Assembly (NCBI GenBank): GCA_964463925.1
Contig: CAYXDV010000003.1
Span: 19,455-83,454, forward strand
DNA: 64,000 bases
Direction: 5' to 3'
DNA from: an uncultured Gammaproteobacteria bacterium
Lineage (GTDB): Bacteria > Patescibacteriota > Microgenomatia > UBA12405
Position numbers and translations under genes: made by a program
Notes under the pieces: generated by a model
What the model saw: only the letters and a program-made list of their open reading frames with translations
What the model was told of the DNA's origin: nothing
Databases searched by the model: none
In this document: positions 49,196 to 59,771 of the stretch, in pieces
Layout of the letters: each line of letters begins with the position of its first letter
Position numbering within the stretch: the stretch's first letter is position 1

Positions 49196-50236
49196 TTAGT
49201 TAGAACGAAATTTGGCTTTTAGACGCAATAATTTCCAACGCATTTTATCTAATTGATTAAAAATTTTGTAAAAATTGGGATAAACTATTAGGTCGTAACT
49301 ACCTACAAATTGAGTAAGGATACCTCCAAAACCCTGTTTGAAACGATGAAAGCCGAATTGAGGATCATATTCTTTGGCATCTGGACCTAAGCTTCCCCAC
49401 ATATCAAAGCTAGTACAGCCAAGTGACTTTCCAAGACGAATGGTTTCCCACATGGCTAAAGTTGGGGCCATAACTTCTCTGGACTCATTTGAACTAGCGG
49501 CATAAACATAAAATAATTTATTTTTAATAACCATAGCAATTACCGATGAAATTGGTTTTCCCTGGTAATAAGCGTTTAGAATTTTCATGGTTTTTGTGTG
49601 GCCAATAGTATCCCAAAGTGCTTGAAAATATTGAGGCGTGTGCAGATAAAAACCCTGCCGGGAAGTAGTTATTTGTTGGAGTTTTAGATATGTTTTCAGT
49701 CCCAATAAATTGCTTTCTTCTTTTATATCTACTCCGTGTCGATTGGCTACTTTTATGTTGTAGCGAGTTTTTGGGTGCATTGACTGTAAAAGTTCTTCTT
49801 CTGTTTTGGAAATGTCTAGAATAAAGCTAAAAGGTAAAAACATAGACTTTGGTGAAACAACAACTTGTGATGTATCGATTTCGGCATGGTAAGAATATTT
49901 ATCAGTGCCGTTTTTGAAATAAAATTCTGGAATATCGGGTTCAAATTTCACAAAAATAGCTTTTTTTTCATGGGCAATTTTCTTTACATTTAGTACCATA
50001 TCCTGATTAATAGTCGGTCCTCGGAGGCATTTTCCGATTGTATAGCCAAATTTAGGAAGATGGTGAAAAACCACTGTATAACCACCTATCATTTTATCGT
50101 TTTCGAATTGACCAAAACGAACTACTTCGTGCCCCTGAGCTTTCTCAAAATCTCCCCAAGTCCAGGATTGTACAGGGTGGCTAATCACATTATCGTAAGC
50201 TTCTTTTTCTGTATCGAATAGGATTCTAGTTATCAT
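49196..50236 (-). CDS. FemAB-family aminoacyl-tRNA-dependent peptidoglycan peptidyltransferase (FemX/MurM-like)
   Basis: 346 aa; ...HPKTRYNIKVANRHGVDIKE... and an overall two-GNAT-like layout typical of Pfam FemAB; 15 nt downstream of gatC. Confidence 0.78.
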   Translation of the reverse strand: MITRILFDTEKEAYDNVISHPVQSWTWGDFEKAQGHEVVRFGQFENDKMIGGYTVVFHHLPKFGYTIGKCLRGPTINQDMVLNVKKIAHEKKAIFVKFEPDIPEFYFKNGTDKYSYHAEIDTSQVVVSPKSMFLPFSFILDISKTEEELLQSMHPKTRYNIKVANRHGVDIKEESNLLGLKTYLKLQQITTSRQGFYLHTPQYFQALWDTIGHTKTMKILNAYYQGKPISSVIAMVIKNKLFYVYAASSNESREVMAPTLAMWETIRLGKSLGCTSFDMWGSLGPDAKEYDPQFGFHRFKQGFGGILTQFVGSYDLIVYPNFYKIFNQLDKMRWKLLRLKAKFRSN

Positions 50237-50272
50237 AGAGTATTATGACGCAGAAATTGGGTTGGATCAATT

Positions 50273-52150
50273 CTAGTAAATATCTGGGTCATAATACAAA
50301 TCATCATTATTTTTATTATTTTTTTGAGGCAGAAAATCTCTTAGGATACTATCCTGCTCTTGTCTTATCAAATGTTTTGGAATATCAAGCAGAAATCGAC
50401 TTGGCTCATTTAAACTACTTTTTCCAAAATAGAGACGTTGAGTGGCATAAGTAATATATAAATATTCTTTGGCCCTGGTAATACCAACATATGCAAGCCT
50501 CCTCTCTTCCTCAATTGAATTCTCATCCAACATTGAATTAGAATGGGGTAAGATCCCTTCTTCAAAACCAATTAGAAAAACAGATTGAAACTCCAATCCT
50601 TTGCTGGCATGAAAAGTCATAAGCCTAACTCCAGTTTTAGCTTCATCTTTTTTATTTTTTTCCTGCATTGAATATTCTTGCTGGACTAGGGCAATATTTT
50701 CCAAAAAATCGTCTAGCTTGGGATGGGTAGTAGCAACTGATTGTAACTCTTGGATATTTTCCAAACGTTTAACATCTTCTTCGTCGGTCTTGTCAAAACG
50801 AGTCAAATAAAGGGTCTGGTTTAATACATCTTGAAGTATTTCAGTTGTATTTTTTTCTGAATAATTATAGGCACTAATAAAATTAAGATAATCAGCCTTC
50901 TTTCTCTTGCCCAAAGCTTTGTCAGTTCGATCCTCAGAAACTGCATCTTGGTTGTTTTTTAAAAAACGCAAGAGGGCAACTAAATCTTTAATTTCTGCCC
51001 GTTCATAAAAACGAATACCACCGATTAAGACATAGGGTATTGACCACTTTAAAAAAGCTTCTTCTATGGTTCTCGATTGGGCATTAGTCCGATACAAAAC
51101 GGCAATATCTTTGTAGGCAACAAAAATATTCTTATGGAGAAAGTCGATTGTTTTGGCAACATAAACTGATTCTGATAACTCACTACTCGCTTGAAAAATC
51201 TGAATTGGATTTTGGGTTGAATTTTTTGTGTAGAGTTTTAAAACTGGATGAGATACGTTTTTACTGATTACAGCGTTGGCTGCATCTAAAATAGTTTGAG
51301 TAGATCGATAGTTTTCCTCCAGGTTTAATACTTGGGCATTTGGAAAGTCGTTGGTAAATGCCATAAGATTTCTGTAATCAGCTCCGCGCCATCCATAAAT
51401 TGATTGGGCGGCATCGCCTACTGCTGTGATGTTGTTATAATTTTTGGCCATCAGCCGAGTAAGTAAATACTGGATTTGATTGGTGTCTTGATATTCATCT
51501 ACAAAAATTGCTCTGAATTTATCTTGGTATTTTTCTAAAATATCAGGCTTTTCTAAAAATAGATCTAGAGTTTTTGTCAACAGATCATTAAAATCCAAAG
51601 CTTTAAATTCTTGCATTTTTTGTTCATATTTTTCGTAAATTTGTGTAGCCATATTTTCCCAAAAACCACGAACAAACTTTTTCATATCTGTAGGTTTTTG
51701 ATGAGAGTTTTTTGCCTTTTCGATAAAAGCCAGAACTGCACTGGTTTTAAATTCTTTGGTTCCCAGGTCAAGTTCTTTGAGAATCATTTTTATCAAGCCA
51801 TCTTGATCATCGGTGTCGTAGATTACATAATCAACTGGTACCCCAATGTGTGGACCATCAGATCTTAGAATTTTGCTAGCAATGGAATGAAAAGTGCCCG
51901 CCTGTATTTGTTTGTTGCCTTTTATCAAATTGTTCATACGATCTTTCATTTCACCCGCAGCCTTGTTGGTAAAAGTCAAAAGTAAAACATTCTCTGGTTT
52001 GGCGATATTTTCCTGAATAAAATAGGCGGCTCTATGGGTTAAAACACGCGTCTTGCCAGAACCTGCGCCTGCCAATAATAGGAGTGGTGTTGGTGTATGG
52101 GTGACAGCACGCAACTGTTGTTTGTTAAGCCCGCTTAGAATATCTGACAT
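50273..52150 (-). CDS. pcrA: ATP-dependent DNA helicase PcrA/UvrD
   Basis: LLLLAGAGSGKTRVLTHR Walker A, VDEYQDTN motif, full UvrD helicase motif set; 625 aa. Confidence 0.9.
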   Translation of the reverse strand: MSDILSGLNKQQLRAVTHTPTPLLLLAGAGSGKTRVLTHRAAYFIQENIAKPENVLLLTFTNKAAGEMKDRMNNLIKGNKQIQAGTFHSIASKILRSDGPHIGVPVDYVIYDTDDQDGLIKMILKELDLGTKEFKTSAVLAFIEKAKNSHQKPTDMKKFVRGFWENMATQIYEKYEQKMQEFKALDFNDLLTKTLDLFLEKPDILEKYQDKFRAIFVDEYQDTNQIQYLLTRLMAKNYNNITAVGDAAQSIYGWRGADYRNLMAFTNDFPNAQVLNLEENYRSTQTILDAANAVISKNVSHPVLKLYTKNSTQNPIQIFQASSELSESVYVAKTIDFLHKNIFVAYKDIAVLYRTNAQSRTIEEAFLKWSIPYVLIGGIRFYERAEIKDLVALLRFLKNNQDAVSEDRTDKALGKRKKADYLNFISAYNYSEKNTTEILQDVLNQTLYLTRFDKTDEEDVKRLENIQELQSVATTHPKLDDFLENIALVQQEYSMQEKNKKDEAKTGVRLMTFHASKGLEFQSVFLIGFEEGILPHSNSMLDENSIEEERRLAYVGITRAKEYLYITYATQRLYFGKSSLNEPSRFLLDIPKHLIRQEQDSILRDFLPQKNNKNNDDLYYDPDIY

Positions 52151-52151
52151 A

Positions 52152-54248
52152 TTATAAAACTTTGTAAATCTTTACATTGCCAGATTGAAAAGCTACCGGG
52201 TAGCTTAACTGCCAAAAATTTGATTCGTTTAGCTTTGTGTATTTTTCTCTCTCTTTGGCACCAACAAAGATATATTCAACTCCGTATTTTTTTAACAAAG
52301 AGGACACCTCTTCTTTATTCTTACTTTCGTAAATTTTGGCCACATCAGTTTGACGAGCAGCTGGTTTGTCATAACCGTTTCGCCACAACCATTCGTGGAC
52401 TACCCACCCTTGTACTGTAGGCAAGCCAGTGGAAATGCTGACGTGACCGAAGTCTGTATAACTATCGCCTACTGCTTCTAAAATAGTTGGTTGGCCAGGT
52501 AGTTGACTCAACCAATTGATGGCTGCAAAGTTATCTGGATAGCGGTTTTTTAGAAATGAAAAGCCATATAAGCCTAAATATGGTTTTGCAGAAAACAGGC
52601 CGTAATAACCTCTTAAGCCAAAATACTGATAAGAAAGATGAATTAAGAAAACCAAAAGAAAGATTAACTTTAAAAGTAAACGCAAAAATATTGATTTTAT
52701 TTGGGAAAGCTTTACTAAAACAAAACCCGATAATAAACTGTAAAGCATAAATGCCTGATAAACCAATTTGAACATGGTGTTTGCCCGACGATGATCAAAA
52801 ACATAAATATCCTTTAAATAAACAAGTTCCGGAATAATGATTAGTAAAGTCGCAATTAAAAATAATGAAACAAAAAACCACGATTCTGGGGACAATGATT
52901 TTATGCTTGGTTTATTTTTTAGTGAAAACAATAGGATTAAGAGAACTGGCACTGTCAACAACCAAAAGCCTCCATATAAAATAAATAGCTGCCAAAAGGG
53001 ACTATGCATATCGGCTATTGTCGGGCCAGCTACCATAGGAATAAAATGTATAGAGAAAGGCAGATTAAACAAATATTTAAAGCCAATTACTAAAAGGCCG
53101 TTTAACCAAGTATTAGCTACAGAATCAATAAAAGAAAAACGATTCAAATTGTAAATAAAAAACGCCAGAGCAAATAAAAGTCCGTAAACAAAAAAGTCCC
53201 AAGCATTGGTCATATAGGCAATTGAAAGTAGAAAACCGTAGATGCTTACCAATCTCCAATTAACAGACCATAAATTTGAAATCACTTTGCTTTTATCTGT
53301 TTTTGGAAGAAATAATTGAAGAAGTATAGCAACCATCAAAAGAACTACCATTATGTCATTCATGTGTCCATGCAGATCAGCCACAATAAAACTGTAGGAT
53401 GGAAATTCATGAATTGTTTTATCTCGAACGTCTGGGTCAAATCCAATAAAACGAGTAGCATCTGGATACCAATAATTTGCCAAACCTTCAGATAGGCTAT
53501 GTTTTTGCAGGCTTAATTTAGTGATCTTGTATAAAGGATGAAGATTGCCTCCAAAAGTCAAAAAAAGGGCTGATATGAGACCGGCTATTAAAATTTGTTT
53601 AAAAGAGTTAGCAAAGTTTTTTACCAAGTTGCTAGCAATTGAAAAACCTGAGCTGAAGGTAAAGGCTGCACAAGTTGCTATGGCTAAATTGTAAGTGATA
53701 GTAGAAGGGATTTTGGTAAGTTTTGTAAGTAGAGCAAAAATTAGATGGCCAAAATAATAATAATTAATTGGTTCTCTGGCAAACCATATATCAATTGGCG
53801 GAAAATAAGTGCTGCGCAGAATGCTGTTTACAAATCCCCAGTCCATAAATTTCTCCAATCCTTCTATTTCTGGCTGAAAACCTCGTATATATGACCAGAG
53901 CACTAAAATTAAGGTAAAGCAGATCTCGGAAAATAAAAATTTTAGTAAATGACTGCGCATCACTTTTGTCAATTTTGGCTTTTTAGAGATTAGAAAAATC
54001 CAGTTAAAACCAAACCATAAGCCAAATAATGACCAAAGGCTGAGGCCATCAAATCGAAAAATATGAAAAACTGAAGTGGTAAATGATAGATATGATATTA
54101 GAACTAAACCTATGGTTTTAGAAAAAATATAGCCTTTGTCCCAAAATTTGTTAAAAATTAGACTAGTAAAGGGCAGGCTGACTAAACCAAAAACCAAAAG
54201 AGCTAGCCACCAAATAAAAATAAAAGTTAGATCGTGTAGAAACAGCAT
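52152..54248 (-). CDS. DUF2298/YYY-domain-like polytopic membrane protein, putative GT-C-type glycosyltransferase
   Basis: More than 12 predicted TM helices, then a soluble C-terminal domain ...KKYGVEYIFVGAKEREKY...; architecture is typical of GT-C fold enzymes. Confidence 0.45.
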   Translation of the reverse strand: MLFLHDLTFIFIWWLALLVFGLVSLPFTSLIFNKFWDKGYIFSKTIGLVLISYLSFTTSVFHIFRFDGLSLWSLFGLWFGFNWIFLISKKPKLTKVMRSHLLKFLFSEICFTLILVLWSYIRGFQPEIEGLEKFMDWGFVNSILRSTYFPPIDIWFAREPINYYYFGHLIFALLTKLTKIPSTITYNLAIATCAAFTFSSGFSIASNLVKNFANSFKQILIAGLISALFLTFGGNLHPLYKITKLSLQKHSLSEGLANYWYPDATRFIGFDPDVRDKTIHEFPSYSFIVADLHGHMNDIMVVLLMVAILLQLFLPKTDKSKVISNLWSVNWRLVSIYGFLLSIAYMTNAWDFFVYGLLFALAFFIYNLNRFSFIDSVANTWLNGLLVIGFKYLFNLPFSIHFIPMVAGPTIADMHSPFWQLFILYGGFWLLTVPVLLILLFSLKNKPSIKSLSPESWFFVSLFLIATLLIIIPELVYLKDIYVFDHRRANTMFKLVYQAFMLYSLLSGFVLVKLSQIKSIFLRLLLKLIFLLVFLIHLSYQYFGLRGYYGLFSAKPYLGLYGFSFLKNRYPDNFAAINWLSQLPGQPTILEAVGDSYTDFGHVSISTGLPTVQGWVVHEWLWRNGYDKPAARQTDVAKIYESKNKEEVSSLLKKYGVEYIFVGAKEREKYTKLNESNFWQLSYPVAFQSGNVKIYKVL

Positions 54249-54253
54249 AAAGT

Positions 54254-54829
54254 TTAGCGTTTGACAAAGAAAACTATATCAAAAACAGAACGAATAAGGA
54301 AGTTGAGATGGTCCGGAAAAACTAGAGTATGGGTAAAAAACCAGGCCAAAAACCCGATAAAAATCCCCCCAAGCAAATCAATTGGATAGTGAAAACCAAC
54401 TAAAACTCTAAAAATCATCAGTGGCAAGGTATAAACTAAAAACAAAAAGGGATTAAAAATAGAATATTGCAGAACTAAGAATAAGAAATAGGCTACCCTG
54501 ACCATGTGGCCCGAAGGAAAAGAACCGCCGATATACCATCTTTTGACCAGGCCGGTAGGTAGGTGGTCACGGCGTTCGTAGAGTGGCCGTTTCCAGAAAA
54601 AACTATGTTTGGCTATTCTTTCTATGATTTCTGTAAAAATAATTGAAGTTAAAATCTGCCAAAAGATATTGGCATCTTCAAAAATGTGAATCCAGCATAT
54701 GAAAAATAAAAATGGCCAAAGAGCATAGTTGAGAAATAAAATTAAACGGTGACCAAAAGGATTGGCAAGTAAAATACGTAAATAATCTTTTTTAGGCTGC
54801 CAGAAGAATAAGCTTTTAAAAGAAGACAT
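54254..54829 (-). CDS. PAP2-family (type 2 phosphatidic acid phosphatase-like) polyprenyl-(di)phosphate phosphatase
   Basis: KHSFFWKRP (KX6RP), FPSGHMV (PSGH) and FHYPIDLLGG (SRX5HX3D-like) motifs within a 6-TM protein. Confidence 0.75.
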   Translation of the reverse strand: MSSFKSLFFWQPKKDYLRILLANPFGHRLILFLNYALWPFLFFICWIHIFEDANIFWQILTSIIFTEIIERIAKHSFFWKRPLYERRDHLPTGLVKRWYIGGSFPSGHMVRVAYFLFLVLQYSIFNPFLFLVYTLPLMIFRVLVGFHYPIDLLGGIFIGFLAWFFTHTLVFPDHLNFLIRSVFDIVFFVKR

Positions 54830-54847
54830 AAATCATTATACTGGAGC

Positions 54848-55957
54848 GTGATGAAGAAAGTTTTGGTATGTTGTACTTATTGGAAGCCAAACGTGTCGGG
54901 CTTGACACGGTATGCAGAAAATTTAGTAAAGCTTTTGGGGAACAAATTTGAATTTACTGTTTTAACCAGTGATTACAAAAATATTGGAAGTGAAGAAAAT
55001 GTTTTTAGATCGAAAGTTTGGTTTCAAATAGGAAAAGGCGTATTTATGCCTTGGTGGTGGGTGGATAGTTACCAAATGGTTAAGAGAGCTGATGTAGTTA
55101 ACTGCCATATGCCGAATTTAGAGTCCTGGTTGATCTGTTTTTGGGCTAAGATAATGAAAAAAAAGATAGTTTTAACTCACCACTGTGAGTTTGCCTGGAG
55201 TGGAAACTGGCAGAATAAGTTGATTTTTGTATCGAGTTTTATTTTTCATTGGCTATCATACTTTTGGGCTGACAAAATAGTTGCCTATACGCAGGACTAT
55301 GCAGAAAATGGTAGCTACTTTTTAAAATTGTTCGCAGATAAAATAGTTTATATTCTACCGCCTGTAGTTTTAGAATCTGGAGATGAGATATATGCAAAAA
55401 AAATGATTTCTAATTGGCCGCAGCATTTAAGAAAAATAGGTTTTGCAGGTAGATTGACTTGGGAAAAGGGACTAAAAATACTGTTTGAAGCAGTAAGTAA
55501 GATGAAAAATGGACAACTAATCTTGGCTGGGCCATATGAAAATATGATGGGAGATTATACCTATGCGTCGATCAAATTGTTGGAGAAAAAATTAGCCAAC
55601 AAGCCAATTTTTTTGGGGTCATTAAATGGTCACGAGTTAGTGTCTTTTTATGAGAAAATTGACTGCTTAGTTTTACCAAGTATTGATAATTTAGAAACAT
55701 TTGGCCTAGTACAGGCTGAAGCGATGTTGTGCGGGACACCAGTTGTTGCCAGTAATTTACCTGGGGTGAGGATCCCGGTTTTACAGACAGGAATGGGTGA
55801 AATAGCTAAAGTAAAAGATTCTAAAGATCTAATGGATAAAATTGAAATGGTACTTAAGAACAGAAAAAAATACACCCAAAATATTGATAAGGCTAGAAAA
55901 ATGTTTGATCTTGAAAAGTTTAAAAAAAGCTACATGTCAGTTTTTGAGGGAAGATAG
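54848..55957 (+). CDS. GT4-family glycosyltransferase
   Basis: C-terminal FGLVQAEAMLCGTPVVASNLPGV (EX7E-type) motif and two Rossmann-like halves (GT-B fold). Confidence 0.8.
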   Translation: MMKKVLVCCTYWKPNVSGLTRYAENLVKLLGNKFEFTVLTSDYKNIGSEENVFRSKVWFQIGKGVFMPWWWVDSYQMVKRADVVNCHMPNLESWLICFWAKIMKKKIVLTHHCEFAWSGNWQNKLIFVSSFIFHWLSYFWADKIVAYTQDYAENGSYFLKLFADKIVYILPPVVLESGDEIYAKKMISNWPQHLRKIGFAGRLTWEKGLKILFEAVSKMKNGQLILAGPYENMMGDYTYASIKLLEKKLANKPIFLGSLNGHELVSFYEKIDCLVLPSIDNLETFGLVQAEAMLCGTPVVASNLPGVRIPVLQTGMGEIAKVKDSKDLMDKIEMVLKNRKKYTQNIDKARKMFDLEKFKKSYMSVFEGR

Positions 55958-56670
55958 GCATATAAAAAACCAATGTTGTTGTGCACTGCATTAGTATGTG
56001 TCTTGACATGAAAACCAGCTTTCGTTAATTTTTTGACTAGTTTTGTATGTTTTTGATTACTGTTATATTCATGCCATTCCATGGCTATCTGGGAAAATTT
56101 CTTTAAAACCTCATTCTTGGTTCCCAAAATAATATCGTATTCAGCCCCTTCGCAATCTATTTTTAATATCAATTTGTCGTCAGATGTTAAATTCACTATA
56201 TCTTGAACTAAAAAGGTTTTTGTTGTTTGCGTTTTAGAGGGAACAGTTTTGGAATTGCCAAAATTCCTTGAATTGACCAATGTCTTTAATTGTATATTTC
56301 CGACTGCATTAGGTAGAAATTTAATATTTAATAAATTATTTGCCTGAATATTTTTCAAAAATATTCCTCCAGACACTTTAACTGGTTCAAAGGAAATAAC
56401 TTCCCTACAACTCTTTGCCGCCAGAATGGAAAATTCACCTATGGCTGCTCCGATATCTACCACGGTGTATCGCTGATCCCAATTTAAGCCAATTTGTTCG
56501 TAATCATGATTAATATATACTTCTGTAATAGTCCAAAGATCCATAAAATTTCGATAGTAAAATTGTGTATTATCCTTTAAGAGAATTAATTTTTTAGAAA
56601 AATTAATATATTTTAAGTTTTTAACAAAAGAAAGAACAATTGTTAGTCTGTAGAAGACTGCTTTAATCAT
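55930..56670 (-). CDS. FkbM-family SAM-dependent methyltransferase
   Basis: VVDIGAAIGEFSI SAM-binding motif; size and pattern are typical of FkbM. Confidence 0.7.
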   Translation of the reverse strand: MIKAVFYRLTIVLSFVKNLKYINFSKKLILLKDNTQFYYRNFMDLWTITEVYINHDYEQIGLNWDQRYTVVDIGAAIGEFSILAAKSCREVISFEPVKVSGGIFLKNIQANNLLNIKFLPNAVGNIQLKTLVNSRNFGNSKTVPSKTQTTKTFLVQDIVNLTSDDKLILKIDCEGAEYDIILGTKNEVLKKFSQIAMEWHEYNSNQKHTKLVKKLTKAGFHVKTHTNAVHNNIGFLYAYLPSKTDM

Positions 56671-58324
56671 GCTGAAAAATGAGGACCTGGGGGTGGTCGT
56701 AAACTGTAAAAGCTTCTTCAGCAGTATCGTCGCGAAGATAAATGCCTGGCCTAGAACAGGCGCTTATTTCTAACCATTTATTTTGTAATTTAGAGTAAGG
56801 ATAGTTGGATGGCCCAAAATAAATACAGTTTTTAATGGGCAGCTGAAAACCAGGGTAAACTGATAGATGATAAATAGGCTTAAAGGATAATTGATTGTCA
56901 AATAAGTTGTGATAAAAATTGACAGTTTGGGGATATAGCTTGGACACACTGGGAATACTGGCCCACAGACGATTTGAAGACATAACTAAATAATCTACTT
57001 GATTTAAAGTCTGACTGATCTGTGACCATTTTGCAGTAGAATCGGGTTCAAAGAGTGCTAACTTTACTGAGCCAAAGCTTTTTGTTTGATTGGCCAAAGG
57101 CAGAGGTAGTGGATCATCCCAATACTCATAACTGAGCGTTGATTGGTTTGGTAGATTTTGATTGATCCAAATGCTGGCTTGAACACGACTGTGTGGCTGT
57201 AAATAAATGTTTAGAAAAGATAGAGTATACAGAATTCCAAAAAGTAGAAACAGTATCTTCAGATTGATTTTTATATGACTATATCCCAAGGCGCATAAAA
57301 TACATAAATATGGATATATGGGTAAAAAATAACGCATAGTAAACGAAAATTGTATACCCTGATAAAAAATTAAGAGGATTATCCAAAAAATCATAATTAG
57401 GGTTAGTTTTTTATTATGTAATTTTTTTAAAGAAAATAGTAGAAACAAAGAAAAAGGAAAACCAAGACCCCAAAATAAAATATTTTGTATTGGATAGATT
57501 AATTTAGTTTTTGAAATCCATTGAACTGCTGGAGGAAACCAACCAGTTGGATTGTTAAAGGTCGATAGAGTTTTAAGACTTTGTGCAAAATCTAAGTTCA
57601 ATGTAAAAAGATTTACAAATAAATGTGGCTGAAAAAGTCGAAATAAACACACAACAGTAGAGAAAAAAACAAAGCTTTTAACAAAAATAGTTTTGGGTCG
57701 AAAATTGGAATTTACTATTAAAAATAGTAGTGCAACTGGCAAAAAAATTAGTCCAGAAATTTTGCAGGATAATGCTAAGGAATAAAAAATGGCGGCAAAA
57801 AAAACTTTTTTTTGATTGAGAAAATAAAAAGTACCAAGCAAAAAGAAATTAAGAAAAGTATCGACTGCAAAAAAATGAGAAAGTTGGATGGGTAAAATAC
57901 AAAAAGCGTAAAACAAAGAAGCTATTAAGCCTAGTTTTGGTCGTACTCTTTCAGCAATTTTATAGATAAAGAACAAAGACGAAATATCAAAAAAAGCAGA
58001 CAAGATTCGACCCAAAAGATTAAACTTGTCATAGCTATCGTAGCCAAAAATAACAGCAAAAAATTTGGTAAGCCAGAGCGGAAAAGTACCGTACACGAAA
58101 AATTTATACTCAGGATAATTATAAGGATTAAGAGGGTTTTTGTTTGTGTCTATAAATTCGGAAAAAGAAATTGGTAGCCGCATGCTTGATCCAACCATAG
58201 TTAAAAATCTTTCGTCTGGATGGAGGTGATTGCCTTGATCCCAATTTAGATTGAGAAGGCGAAAAAAAGCTGCACAGAATAAGATCAAAAGAAACAACAA
58301 TTTTTGATTATCAAATTTTTTCAT
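56663..58324 (-). CDS. GT-C fold membrane glycosyltransferase (PMT/ArnT-like, PMT_2 family)
   Basis: Polytopic; first extracytoplasmic loop carries HPDERF (DE-type motif) after TM1. Confidence 0.65.
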   Translation of the reverse strand: MKKFDNQKLLFLLILFCAAFFRLLNLNWDQGNHLHPDERFLTMVGSSMRLPISFSEFIDTNKNPLNPYNYPEYKFFVYGTFPLWLTKFFAVIFGYDSYDKFNLLGRILSAFFDISSLFFIYKIAERVRPKLGLIASLFYAFCILPIQLSHFFAVDTFLNFFLLGTFYFLNQKKVFFAAIFYSLALSCKISGLIFLPVALLFLIVNSNFRPKTIFVKSFVFFSTVVCLFRLFQPHLFVNLFTLNLDFAQSLKTLSTFNNPTGWFPPAVQWISKTKLIYPIQNILFWGLGFPFSLFLLFSLKKLHNKKLTLIMIFWIILLIFYQGIQFSFTMRYFLPIYPYLCILCALGYSHIKINLKILFLLFGILYTLSFLNIYLQPHSRVQASIWINQNLPNQSTLSYEYWDDPLPLPLANQTKSFGSVKLALFEPDSTAKWSQISQTLNQVDYLVMSSNRLWASIPSVSKLYPQTVNFYHNLFDNQLSFKPIYHLSVYPGFQLPIKNCIYFGPSNYPYSKLQNKWLEISACSRPGIYLRDDTAEEAFTVYDHPQVLIFQHD

Positions 58325-59771
58325 AGATTCTTATGGTAGGATTATCAAAAATTGTAAAGGTTTCTTCAGTAGTTTGCTCGTCATTTAATATGGCAGGGTA
58401 AATAGAAAATTCTTTGATTAATTTAAAACCGAGCTGTCCAGAAAATAGCTTAGAATAGTATTCTTTTAGGAACCGAGAAGAGTCAGGATTTTGGTTAGCA
58501 AAGACTCGCCTACTGGGTATAAAAATATAGTTTATTTGCGAAACTAAGCTAGCTAATTGACCAGCAGATTGAGCATTTAGATCATAAAAGTTGTAATCAA
58601 TTACTTGCAGATTGGGCTGACTAAGCAGTGGTAAACTTAAAACATTGCGATCTTCGGAAAGGGCAATGCCGTGTAAATTTTTGGCTATCCAAACACTAGC
58701 TTGCAATCGAATATCTGTTTGAAAATAACGATAGAAAAAAACAAAGCCTGGCAAGAGGCAAGCTAAAGTCAGAAAATAAGCAACTTTTTTGTTTAACAGG
58801 GAAGATAAAAAGGCTCCGACCAAGAGTGGTCCTAGGAAAAAAATAGGAGACATGAAACGAAACCATTTTACATAAAGTTGACCAAAATAAAGAAAGAAAA
58901 TTAGACAGGTAAAAAATAGTAACTTGCTTTTTGAAGACTTTAGTAATTTCAAGCAATAAAAAAGAGAAGGATAAAAAAGAATAAAAACAAAAAGTCCCCA
59001 AGAGGCTGGAAAAATTTTTTGTAGCTGAAACAAGTAAGGCTTGCTATTTATAAATTGGGAGGTATAAAATACTGGCAATTTTCCGGTAGCTACCGCTGTT
59101 TCATAATTCATGGAAGACAGAAAGTTCTTCCAGTCTAAAAGATTGTATGGTGAGGAAAGAAAATAGAAAGTGATTAGAGTGGAAATTAACTGCAAGAAAT
59201 GAACTAATTTATTTTTGGAGTTAAAAATAATAAACAGAGGGAAAACTAAGAAAATAAAACTACTTATTTTCAAACCTACAGCTAGGCCTAAAAACAAACC
59301 GGATAGGAAATAGTTCTCTTCCAAGCTATAAAAAATAAGGGCCAAAATCATGGCAATTAGCAAGCTTTCAGTAGTTCCATAGTGGGCTAACTGAATAAGA
59401 CCTGGACTAAAAATAAAAAGCACGGATGGAAAAATAAGTGAATGTTTCGGGAATATTTTTTTGTAGATTAAAAGAAAGTAAAAAAAACTAAAACAGGAGG
59501 CAGTAGCGGATAGAAAACGTAGAATATAAATTGAATTGGCAAAAGTATTTGGAAGATGAAACAAGGTCAACAAAAAATAACCCAAGTAAAGGGGAAATTG
59601 ACCATAAGCGAAAAAATCAGGATTGAAATTATTTGGCCCTAGATGATTTAAGGCAGTAGCCATATTATTTTCATCAGGATGAAAGAAATAGCCGTTGCCC
59701 CAAAAAAGGCCAAAATATCTGGTAAAGAGCAAAATAGGTAGAAGGAAAAAGAGGGCTTGTTTAGAGAACAT
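58311..59771 (-). CDS. GT-C fold membrane glycosyltransferase (PMT/ArnT-like), tandem paralog of 56663..58324
   Basis: Polytopic; HPDENNM loop motif after TM1; same architecture as its neighbour. Confidence 0.65.
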   Translation of the reverse strand: MFSKQALFFLLPILLFTRYFGLFWGNGYFFHPDENNMATALNHLGPNNFNPDFFAYGQFPLYLGYFLLTLFHLPNTFANSIYILRFLSATASCFSFFYFLLIYKKIFPKHSLIFPSVLFIFSPGLIQLAHYGTTESLLIAMILALIFYSLEENYFLSGLFLGLAVGLKISSFIFLVFPLFIIFNSKNKLVHFLQLISTLITFYFLSSPYNLLDWKNFLSSMNYETAVATGKLPVFYTSQFINSKPYLFQLQKIFPASWGLFVFILFYPSLFYCLKLLKSSKSKLLFFTCLIFFLYFGQLYVKWFRFMSPIFFLGPLLVGAFLSSLLNKKVAYFLTLACLLPGFVFFYRYFQTDIRLQASVWIAKNLHGIALSEDRNVLSLPLLSQPNLQVIDYNFYDLNAQSAGQLASLVSQINYIFIPSRRVFANQNPDSSRFLKEYYSKLFSGQLGFKLIKEFSIYPAILNDEQTTEETFTIFDNPTIRIYEKI

